Source of the DNA: Takakia lepidozioides
Taxonomy: Eukaryota; Plantae; Bryophyta
DNA: 64,000 nucleotides
Reading direction: 5' to 3'
Assembly: GCA_030704615.1 (NCBI GenBank)
Contig: CM060733.1
Location: forward strand, 19,282,001 to 19,346,000
Under the pieces are notes generated by a model that ran no database searches, was not told where the DNA came from, and was given only the letters and a program-made list of their open reading frames with translations. Positions 26,480 through 37,576 of this stretch are shown here, in pieces. The stretch's first letter is position 1. The number at the start of each line of letters is the position of its first letter. The position numbers were made by a program, and so were the translations under genes.

Positions 26480-29400
26480 ACACAAGCAATAAAAGTTGTT
26501 AGCGACCAAACATTCGACCAATGGCTACACAAAGCAACCTTCTGGAGCCAGGTAAAGCATTCACAAAACCCTTTTCAAATGATTGTGCACATTCGTACTC
26601 TCTCCCAAATTCTGATGATCTTTCTTGCTGCAGTTGGAAAAACGAGCGGTGGCTGCACTTGGGGAGTCAATGGCAGACTACAAAATCCAGATGGCTTACC
26701 CCCGGATCACACTGGAGGCCTATATCAGGAGATGGAAGCTCGCTGTCTGGAACAACTGCTTCTTCAGGGAGTTTGAGAGAGACAAAGGGATCTCCAGATC
26801 CTACGAATTCAAAAACCAGTACAACAGTAAGCGAGCAATGAAACGAGTGTTGTACAGGTGTGACCTCCAAGAAACAAATGTGGTACTAGAAGTGTATGTT
26901 TCAGTATTCTTGTGTCGTGTTTTCTATGGACAATTTTGAATATGTAGGTTTTGAGGGAGGTCTGAGGCTCTGGACGTGCAGCCAATCAACATTGCGTTAA
27001 CACAAGCTTGTATCCCGGCTGGTTTTGGTTTCACTTTCCTGTACCTGGGGTATCGTTTTCTACATGTTAAAGGGCAAAAACCGCAAGGCAAATCAACGTT
27101 GCGTCAACGCAAGGTTGATGAAGGGCCAGGCTATATTGTAGGTCTTCATGTATTCTTGGGCTATTGTTTGCTGTCGTTTCCAGTTTCGCTGCTGCCAGGA
27201 GGAACATAAAGTCTGTTTGGAGTGAAATGCTGTTTAGAGCTTACACTGTACCACCAAACAGCCTTGCGTTGACGCAACGTTGTTTGACGGTATGGATTGC
27301 TAGAAATGTCCCGCAGAAATAGCCCGATTTCCATAAAATTGTAGGAAAGTTAAAGTTATCAAATACCATGGACAGGTATTTTCAGCAGAGGTATTCAACG
27401 TTGCGTCAATGCAAGGTTGAATATCCATACAAACAAATCTTCGAATGGTTGTTTTCTAGCACTGTTTTCCATTTCTTCTGTTCATGAAAACAACCTTGCG
27501 TTGACGCAATGTTGAATTCCGCTTGTCAATCACTGTCTTTTTTCATGCAACATTATCATATGTGGATCCGCCAATCTACTTTGCGTCAACGTAAGGTTGA
27601 TTGGGGATTCCATGTTGTGCATGCGATGGATTAGGATTATGGGCTTTCCCTCTGGTAAATGCTCGTTGAAAGTGCAGTTTTCAACATTTGGTTTTTCCTT
27701 TTCAGCTCGAATCAACATTGCGTCAACGCAAGGTTGATTCGGGCTAATAAATGTTCGTTTCGACGAGTTTCTGATCTGCATTCCAAAACCCTTCTCGTGA
27801 GGTGTGATCTGTGTGCTGTTCAAATCGAATGACTGTCTGGGTTTTGGGGGTGTGTGATTTAGGTACATGTATCATGTCCTCATACCGGGAAAGTACCTTA
27901 GCGATGACCCTGACTTCATCTACTCATGGGCTGACCCCTCTAACGACAAGACAATGTACACGGCTGGTATTGCCAGAGATTGGAGCAGGGCGCACTTCAG
28001 AGACTGTGGGTGGTACCTCGATCTGCCAAAACAGGACACACCATTCAATGAAGTGGTTTTGAGAAACCTTAACGACAACACCGCGGCACTTGCCCCGCTT
28101 GCTGACGAAGACATTCAGGACAGAATCATTCAAGCTCTGGCTGCAAAAGAGCCTAAGAAATCGGCTACTCCAAAACGGAATGGGAAGATTGCCGGGGATC
28201 CGAAGGGGGATGGGAAGAGTGCAGCTCCGCAGGAATAGGGCCCGTCAAAGGCCGCTGAAAGACACCCTTCTCTAACTAGGAGGGATATGAGAACACCAAA
28301 GTCGAGGGAGCAGCCTTTCGAGGCGAGAGAACATCCATCCAGGGTTTTGGGCCAATTCCATCGTAAGGTGGTGAATGAAAGTTTTCTGGCAATGATGGAA
28401 TCCAGGAAGTCCACATTCAAAGGGGTACCGTCGAAATCATGGGACATGCTTGTTTCGTTCCTTACTCAGGTAAGCACATATGTCTTTACTGTGACATGAA
28501 TGATTTTGTTTTGGCAACTCATTCTGGCTTGTCAACGAGATTGATTTCGTGTTGGATTTGGATTAGGCTTGTGACACTGTCTCTTGTTTTTTGTTAAAGG
28601 TCACAAAAAGGCCAGATTGGGTGAATGGACTCAGCAGGCATACGCGACTGACCTTGTGGTGCTGGACATTCCTGACGGTTTGCCTGTCCATGATGTGTTG
28701 CCTTCCAATGCAACCCCCACTTGGAACAAATCGGATTCTCGTTACTGGCACTGGGCTTTCTCATTCAACAACAAATTCCTTTCTGACTCGGGGGCGCTTC
28801 TTCTCATGCAGTCAAAGGACATGTCGGCACGGAGAACTCTTTTCAGCTACATGAAAGGTTCCGGGTTTCGTGTCATCAAAACTTGGACATGCATCAACAC
28901 TCTGCCTCTTACGAAGGGCGAGTTTCCGGGGCAAAAAGTGAGTTGGTTCCTATGAATTAAAGTTTCGTGGTTCTTCATAAAGTGTCAAAAGTAGGTTATG
29001 TCTTTTTGCTCATGCTCTCTTCGTAATTTGTGGCAGACTCGGGTATTCAAAACTTTGTGCCTGTGAGGGTGCGGGAGGACACTCTTCCTCCTGGTATTGC
29101 TAAGTTCCAGTTGAGGGACCTTGCAGCTCACATTGACCCAACCTGCGAGCCGGTGGATGATGATGTAATCTTCAATTACGTGGACTCGGGTCGAACTACG
29201 AAAAGGTCGACTGGTGTCCCTTGGAGAGGTGCCCGGGAGAAATCCCCAGCTTTCATGCAGACTTTGGTGGAGACATGCAGCCGTCACGGTGGACGAGTGG
29301 TTGACTTGTCTATTGGCACAGGTGGGGCCCTGAACTCTGTATTTGAAATATGGGCAGTGGGCTTAGGGAAGCCCTGTTTTAATTTCTCGTTCGTCTTCGA

Positions 29401-29590
29401 TTTGCAGGAGCATCTTTTCATGCGTGCAAAAGCGCCGGAAGGCACTTCTTCGGCATGGAGGCTGATACGGAGCTCTTCTCAAGCGAGCTTCATTAGCTTG
29501 AGTCGGGCACTACTTCTGCCCCATCCACAGAGGCACTTCTGGAGGAGCCCGAAGCGCCTGAGGAGGATCTCGACGTGGACTCTGATTTTG
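26480..29590 (+). pseudogene. Spliced MULE accessory gene with a C-terminal beta-class N6-adenine/N4-cytosine DNA methyltransferase-like domain (disrupted copy)
   Basis: Putative exons ~26480-26551, 26634-26893, 27863-28469, ~28600-28937, 29037-29321, 29408-~29590. Motif IV-like DLVVLDIPDG precedes REKSPAFMQTLVETCSRHGGRVVDLSIGT|GASFHACKSAGRHFFGMEAD (motifs X-I-II). In-frame TAGs at 28236 and ~29494 and probable frameshifts. Confidence 0.8.
26986..27741. repeat. Array B: seven copies of the palindrome TCAACSTTGCGTYRACGCAAGGTTGA inside an intron
   Basis: Copies at ~26986, 27093, 27259, 27395, 27491, 27575, 27712, in both orientations, separated by unique spacers. Confidence 0.9.
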
Positions 29591-30776
29591 AGTGTGAGTA
29601 AGTTTAGCTTCTTGTCGTGCAATATATGTTGCATTTCCTTGTGTCATTCCCGTTCGACAGATGGTTGCTTACATGGCATATTTCAGGATGATGACATCTA
29701 CCACCATTCCTCTTCTTGCTTTCCAGAGTTCGGCACCAGTCATCGAATCAGCGGACACTTTTCGGTTTCCAAGGATACTACATGACCCCGAGTCCCTCTC
29801 GAACTTACCGCTTGCCGGTTTACGCGGAAGCATGGCATGGGTGTTGTCCCAACAAACAATGAATTCGCCTCTCCATGGGGGTCATGGAAGAAAAAAATAT
29901 CGTGGATGGGCTGCTGTGTTCATAGATGATATTGCTGCAGACTCTGGAAGTGGTTCCTCTGAAACCTCCAGTAGTTCGTGAGGTTCATGTACAAAGGCTT
30001 AATAAATTGTGTTTTGGTGTTGCAATCATTGCCAACTATTTTTCAAGTTCTTCACGCGTTCCCGAAAGCACAATTAGGGATTGCCTGATGTAGGTCTTTA
30101 GATTCCAGCATTGGAAATGTTTGTGGGTTGGAATGAATGAACTATTTTGCAAAAAAAGGCTTTGCTGTTAATATTCAATTCTCTAGCGGGCGATCTCCTC
30201 AGTCCAAAATCATGTCCTCAATCCTAAGCCATCCACAAACCTTCCATTGTTCCTCGGCCGGAAAGAATATTAATGTGGGGGCAATGAAGAGGGTTCAAAA
30301 AATAAGGACATAGGCGACAACCTATCCGCAGAAATGGTGTGGGGGGGGAGAGCACGGAATTAGGCCCTGCACACGTGAATGCTTGCTGACGTGGCGTGAG
30401 CCTAGCCAGGCTCACGCGCAAGCATTCCCCGAAAACTTGTATTAGTTATAATGAATTTAGACGTACCTCAACCGAGCCACAACCATCTAGCCAATATATT
30501 TGACATTGTTCACGTGTTGATTCATGTCAAGATCATTGCGACGAGGCTGTGACACATAATTTGGCCAAGGTTTAGTACTTTTCGAAACTTGCAATATTTG
30601 AACGGCTGCCTAAACGGAGACCCAATCCAATCTGGTGACTGTCAAGCGCAAAACCACTCATGAGCTCAATCCGCCTAGCCCCGTGCTTCAAGACTTCATC
30701 GCACTCATTTCCCCGCCCTCATTTCCCGCCCTCTGTTCCCAAACGCTCTCTGGAGCCGCAAATGCCTAGGATAGAA

Positions 30777-32996
30777 GGGAATAGTAAAAAGGTTGTGTAA
30801 GGGGACTTCATAAAAATTGATAGTTTTGGCCTTGCCTGGGGGGCTGCCCGGGTCTGGGCCGTGGACCTAGCGACGCTTGGGCCTGCGACTGGATCTGGAT
30901 GTCTTGCATCCCAGTCAATACAAGAACTCACTGGGAACAAATTTCAGCTGCCCGTCCTTTCCTATTATCCTGGGTTGCAGTGCCCAAAGATTAGGTAAAT
31001 GCTCCCTGGACCAATGTTGGGCGGTTATTTGATTTGTTTCATAACCGGCGGTTCCGGTTGCTTCAAATTTTAGAAAAGTATTAACCTGAGGTTGCGGTTA
31101 TTAAATTTTTTATGGCTAGATATAACTTGTCGGTTATGGTTACTTACAAAAACCTCAAATAACCGCGGGTATCGGGCTGTTCTTTAAGAGGTTTTTGCTC
31201 GGTTATTTGAATGCGTGACCCCCGCCGGTTCCTAACTGGACCGGTTACTTCAATTTTTCACCTCCGTCGGTCATATATACATATAACCGGATAGATAACC
31301 GCCGGGTATTAGAGAGAAATTCAAATAGCCGCCCAACATTGCCCTGGACCCAATGAAAGATTCTTTATCGTGGGATACGACGACACCTGAGAAAGATTCG
31401 AAACGAATATTCCTCGACCCCGGGTTTATGCCTTTAACCTTGGGTCTAGATAGTGAAGTTTTCATCCGTCCATATATTCTACAACCTATATTTTCTAGGT
31501 GTTTCCACATATGAGTTTGTTGCGAGCAAGGCAGTTCTCTCGCCGTCTGCTTCCAGCCAAATGACAAAGGTGTCATTTTTACTACGCAACTGTGTTTCTC
31601 GAAAGGACTATCAACGTCTTCAATTGTACTCAAGCAACAATCTATTGCAGCACTACGTGCCTCTCTATCTGGAATGTAAATAGATATTGTCTGGTGCAGG
31701 AAAAGCGTCAACGCAGTAAAGATAATGACATGTACGAGAAATGGAAGCACAACTGCATTGAGTGCCACGGTGGATGGTCAGACGCCTCGGCTGACTAGTA
31801 ATTTTGTAATTTTGAAACTTTGATAATTAGAGTTGTGTCTTGTTTATGGCAAGAAAGTTGGAGACGAGAAAGAAATAGAATTAGGGTGTGTTTTCAATTC
31901 TAAAACTTGAATTTGAGCGTCAAATTGTGCATGTTGTCTAGCTAGGTTAGGTCGATCTCCATATCAACTATGTTGCAAAGATTTGCATACCGCCATTGAG
32001 GCAAGCGAAAGCTGTCAGGTTTTCATGTTTCTCATGTTATTGTCGCATGGACAAAAAACAAAAGGATTTTACACAGAAAATGGGCAAGTTGCTCGAGCAG
32101 CACCCATGGATTGCTATAGAATAAACGGTTGTTTGGCTGGCTGATTACGACTTTAGCATGCAGGTATACTTTGTGTTCATCCTGAGTGACTCATACAATC
32201 ACGAAGACACACTGACGTTAAGTAGTTGAGTAATTCGTCGTATTGGCAACGAGTTGATCTTCTCAAAACTCTGCAGCTCAAGAAATCACGATGTCCGTCG
32301 TGAAGTCAAATTTGGGAAATGCAGCTCCAATGCCAAAGTTTCAAAATTACAAAATTATCAGTTAGCTGAGACGTCTTATCATCCACCGCAGCACTCAATG
32401 CGGTGAAAAACTTTGTGCTTCCTCTTCTCATACACTTCATTACCTTTATTGTGTTGACGCTCTTCTTGCACCAGACCATATCCATTTACATTCCAGTTAG
32501 AGAGGCCTATATGTTACAATAGATTGTTGCTTGAGCACAGACATTGATACTTTTTCTGAGAAACACAATTGCGTAGTAAGCTCGAAGCGGACTGCGAGAG
32601 AGGTAATGGGAAACACCGAGAAAATAAATGCTGTAGAATGCATGGACGGATGTAAACTTCACTATCTAAACCCAGGGTTAAAGGCACAAGTCTGGGGTCA
32701 AGGAATAGTCATTTCGAAATCTTTTCTCGGGTGTCTTCATATCCCAGGGTAAAGAATCTTTCCATGGGTCCCGGGAGCATTTACCCAAGGCCAGAGAACC
32801 TTTGGCCACTACAACCCCAGGACAATAGGAAAGGCCGGGCAATGGCCGATTTGTACCCACTACTGACTTGGGTGTAGGACATCCAGTCCCAGGCCAAGCG
32901 TCGCTTCGTCCATGGCCTAGCCTCGGGCAGCGCCCCAGGCAATCCCAAAACTATCATTTTTATGGTGTCCCGCGACACAGCCTTTTCGCTATTCCC
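30777..32996. mobile_element. Foldback element with ~700-bp inverted arms
   Basis: 30777-31822 (excluding the nested MITE) is the reverse complement of 32334-32996; termini GGGAATAG / CTATTCCC; flanks GAA/TAA. Confidence 0.85.
31012..31341. mobile_element. hAT MITE nested in the foldback arm
   Basis: TIRs CAATGTTGGGCGGTTATTTGA / TCAAATAGCCGCCCAACATTG; 8-bp TSD CCCTGGAC (31004-31011, 31342-31349); absent from the opposite arm. Confidence 0.92.
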
Positions 32997-34477
32997 TAAA
33001 AGGCAACACACCCCAGGTTGACGACTACACACATGTGACAAGTGCGGACGGGACAACTGTGGACGGGACAAGTGGAGACAGCAATACTACAGTCGCCGCC
33101 GCGGCATCTTGGCCTGTGCGGGCGCCGGCGCCAGCAGCTGTCGCGAGCGACAAAAACTGCGCCGTCGCGGCCGCAGCTAGGGACAAAAGCTGTCCGTTGG
33201 GACTCATCCACCGTGTCGCCCCCTTCCAACCCTTTGCTCCTACGCCTTTTCCACACTCTGTTCGATCCCGGCATCTGCTTGGGGCGCTGGCTGAGAGACC
33301 TGCTTGGGACAAGTCGCAAGGTCTCTCCTGACGACATGAATTGCTTTACCGACTCTTCTCTTTCGTGTTTCTCTCTCTCTCTTGTCCCGTAGCTCTTTGT
33401 TTCTGTGGACGGTATAAAGTACCATTCCATTTCTAATTTGGGCTGGTCCATTCGTTAAATGGTTTGGTGTGGCCTATCAACAACTACCAGTTCTTTTAGA
33501 TGCACACAAATGAGAGAGATTTCATGGGAGCAACTGGAAGTTGGGAATCCAAGGTACCTTTTGTTGCCTCGATGCGCAGTCTCTGCCGTTATAGGTAGAG
33601 CCAAGGACGAGTGTAAGCTGCACAGGCCACACCCGCCACTGACAATCAGCGAACAGATCTATTGGACGATTCACAACACATTATTGAACCCCAGAGCATG
33701 CACCAAGTGGAAAGCGCGGTAGTAATGATATGGACAGTAAACGAAGAAGCAAGCACGATAGGAGAAGAAGATTCTTTGTTTGCACTGCAATGGGAAGAAT
33801 CTGGTAAGACAACAACAACTGCTCACAAATTCAGTGACTAAGGCAGAGGTGCTTGGCTTCCTGCAATCTGCCCACTAAATAGTTGGCACAGAGCGTCTCC
33901 TCACACTCTGCATCTTGATGGATGAAATCACTCCAAGTACGGTTTGAACTGACTGGCAGTCCTCTCATGCAGTGGATGGGACTCATCTGCTTCACCTGCT
34001 CACCATTCAGACCACCATCGTCACTGGCAGAGAGGCTTTGCTATAAGAAATACATTATGGAGGGCAGTGACATCTGGCAACTCTCATGTAACCATACCAG
34101 CAGATTGGTTTCATTTACAAGAGTAGAACTCTACTGGCTTCTAACTTAGTGATAATGCAACATCAAAGACTGGGATAGTTTAAATGGGCAATTGACAAGG
34201 GAGAGAAAAAAGTGCAGACGAAGAAGGTTGCTGACAATGCCACCCAGCCAGCAAGTACTTGGAACCGTGCCCTCAGCGAAGGCATGACAAACACCTTTCC
34301 AGGCGGGCACCAGAACAGAAGAAATGACATGTATTCCTCTCTGCAAGATATGAACCTGCAAACACCCTGCCTTTGGTGCTTGGCTTCTCCTTCCAGCAGT
34401 GGACACAAAACAAATCCATTTGGCTTACATATGCAGTTCTCAGTACCATGTGGGGCTGCGGGAATTTGTGAATCATT

Positions 34478-34905
34478 ACCTGTGCAGTAGAGGCACAGTC
34501 ATCTTCAGAATCATCCATACTACAGTACATACTACAGAATCCCAGTTTTCTCAATAACATCTGGGGCTTAGAACTCTTCTGCAGAGAAACAGCAGAGAAC
34601 TCTTCTTACCTTTCTTTGCACCTACCTGTTTGTGCAGTACAGGCACCATCCTCGAAGTCATCCATACTATAGGGCACTGGAATTTGGAGAGATCATTGAT
34701 TCAAACATATCAACCAAAAACATATTACAGAATCCCAATTTTCTCAGTAACATCTGGGGCAGAGAACAGCTGTGCATTCTTAGCTGTGAATTCTTACCTT
34801 TCTTTGCACCTACCTGTTTGTGTAGTAGGGGCACAATCCTCTTAAAAAACATCCATACTGTAGGGCATATTGGTGTAACTGCAATTTGAAGAGATCATTG
34901 ATTGA
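34478..34905. repeat. Degenerate ~190-bp tandem duplication downstream of the FAT gene
   Basis: Repeated TTCTTACCTTTCTTTGCACCTACCTGTTTGTG and CATCCATACT blocks. Confidence 0.75.
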
Positions 34906-35248
34906 CACATCAAAAGTGATACAAGGGTACAAGCTGCAGCTCTTACAGCCTTACTAATGCCCGTTCAAAATGCAGGCACAGTAATTCAGGAAGTCCTTTT
35001 CCAGAGTTATTAGAGCTCTGTGACACATTCTACATCTGCCAGCAAGCTCTGAGTGGTCCATTTGTATGTCATGCTGGTCCAGTCTCTACAAAAAATCCGG
35101 TATCCAAATAATTTGGACCCTCACCAGGGCTTCAACACTTGGCTCGAAGACACAAAGCTCGGCAGATTCCTGGAACTACTTGGTTTGTCTAGTGCTCGGC
35201 ATCTAGTGCTCGGCACAAATAATGTTCTAAAGGAGCATGTACAGCTAC

Positions 35249-37576
35249 TCAATGTGAATGATTTACTTTTTTCAATCTCCATTGTGTTCTGCCTCGGACT
35301 ATCTCTGCACCATCAACTTGCAAGCGCAATAAATGTGTGTACTTCAACGGGCCTACACTGGCATTCAGGTTGGTATTCTGCGGTAATGATGTCGAGGAAC
35401 CAGACAAGTATGAAAATGGAGCTGAAGAAACACCGTTGACTGAGGCCGCACTCACCTCCACACTTCCTTCAGTCTTCACCTCTGAGGTGGAGGCCTCAGG
35501 ATTAGTCATCGATTGAACTACATCAGACTGGCTGCACTCGCGCCTGTACTCCAGTGTCATGGTTGCTAACTCATGGCCTTCCTGAATTCCATTGGGTAAA
35601 CTCTGCAGACAGGAGATGTTCCATCGTCGTAAGACATTTGCAACTTGAGTACTCTTCCATCGGATCTTTTAATGTGACCTTTGCATCGAAACCATGTACA
35701 AATTTCACTTTCCATACAACTGACATCTGTCACAATTTTGTACCAACTCAAAACACAACAAGCTGCACTGATAGAGAATGGTAGATTGAAAGCAACAAGG
35801 CAATGCAGGCTGAAATGAATATACCTCCATCATCCATCCAATGTATTTAACATTGTTGACATGTTGATTCATATCCAGGTCACTGCGTCTTGGCTGAAAA
35901 AGAGACAAAAATGTTAGAGGATGATGGCCATCATTCCAGACATGTATCTACAGCAACAATGAAGGGGACATTTTCAAACACATCAAATTGTACAACCAAG
36001 CACTGTGCACGTCATATCTTGGGCATAGAAGGAACTTACTGTTAATCCCGAGCAAACTATTTGAGCAGAGTCATCGAGCTTATTGATTTTGTTAGTAACT
36101 GAACTCTCATCTTTGATAGATGACCTTTCTAGGTAGAAAGCAGAAATCTCAGCCTTAACATCATCAGGCATCTTGGAGAGCCTTCTTGTCTTCTGATTCA
36201 TCATTACCCATGTACTGCACAAACCACCGAGATGAGATTCAGCATGAGAAGTATATTTTCAGGATCCGCTAGTAACCAGAGCATATGAGGGTAATTTCCA
36301 AATACAAAAGACAGTAACACTCTAGAATTGGTGCAGCTGCTGTACAGAATAAGAGAATGTGAGTCTGGACGTAGATCTACCTTGTAGCCCGAGCAAGGAT
36401 TTGCCCTGTTGTGTAGTCCCGCACGAGCCAGTCACGTCTCATACCGTTCTTTCCCGATGCTGATACCCACGTGTCCATCTCCACCACTTCACCCCTGCAG
36501 AGAGCCATGCCAAGAATTATCAGCATTGATGCCCTGGGAGTCACCCGAATGTGAACCCTAGCAACTCCTAGTTCGCAATAAACCAGAAAACTGTTCTAAA
36601 CGGGCTCATCAAATGCTGCAGCGAATCTCCCATACACGTACCACGCAGGGTAGCGCTCCACTTCGACATGCATTCGTGTGACAACCCAAATAAGATTGTG
36701 GCGGATCATGGCATGCGTGGCTCCAAAACCATCGCCAGCCAAGCCAGACATCCAGACATGATTCAAAGCGGTTTCCTGTTCCAAAAAGTATGAGAAAGGT
36801 CAGCTGTGTTGCACACAGCTCAAGTACCTCTAGAAATGACTGATTAAGCTGCTTGCTGCTGAGACACCAAAGACCTGACTGCAGTTGCCACCGTGCTACG
36901 CCTATCAGTGGACCAAAACTGGTTCATTGTACCCAGGCAGGATGAAAGCAGAAACACAGCGGCATGCACAATAGAGGGGCCGAGGAAAAGCCAATATACT
37001 CGCGCTCACCTGGAAGTGATTCATCAACGTCTCGATGGATGCAGTCTTATCAGCTCCCACCTCATACGATCGTATGACGAATGTTTGCCGATACACTAGT
37101 CTACCTTCCACAAGCCTTCCCTGGCGAAGGGCATCCACAGGCACCTGAGTTTTTTGAGCGACCTGTTCGATCTGCCGCTGCTTCTCTGCTGCCAGGGCGA
37201 TACTGGCTATGGCAGCAAGAACCGCACCAAATGCAGGATTTTTTGCAAATGCTTCAGGGGTAGTTTGTTTAACTATAGCGGACAAAGCTTCACTAGTCTC
37301 TTCAACCGCGTTTCCAGCTACCGTGGAAGCCTCAACTTTGCTGCCATTTACCTTGCTAATGCCTTGCACACTTGCACTAATCCTAAAGAGGGGAGAGGCC
37401 CGTTTCGCTGGAGGGGAACTTGATTTCAGAAATTGGAACGGTCCGGCGTTCTTGAAGTGGCGTGACAGCGGGTCAGACTGCTCTGCAAGAGAGTTTGTTG
37501 AGGTTGGACAGGATCTCACTAAACTCGATCCCGCACAGGCGACTCTAAATAAACCTGCTCCTGCAGCTGCTTCCAT
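35249..37576 (-). CDS. FATB: Acyl-ACP thioesterase (FatB/FatM-like), complete, 6 coding exons
   Basis: Exons 37576-37010 (transit peptide, LAAIASIALAAEKQ, YRQTFVIRSYEVGADKTAS), 36775-36642 (ETALNHVWMSGLAGDGFGAT), 36494-36381, 36214-36040, 35893-35825 (DLDMNQHVNNVKYIGW), 35602-35249 (TLEYRREC). Confidence 0.96.

Larger units (their letters stand above)
22986..30430. mobile_element. Mutator-like element (MULE) with degenerate TIRs, carrying a transposase and a DNA amino-methyltransferase-like gene
   Basis: Perfect 9-bp TSD GAAAACTTG (22977-22985, 30431-30439). CGCGTGAGC lies 13 nt inside each end in inverted orientation. Internal MULE transposase. Confidence 0.88.

Noticed and set aside
26986-27741. 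CRISPR-like appearance (palindromic repeats with unique spacers)
   Set aside because: Eukaryotic intron, irregular 60-140-bp spacers, mixed orientation, no cas genes
32996-33451. Overlapping GC-rich ORFs on both strands
   Set aside because: No recognisable domain or splice structure; likely a by-product of high GC
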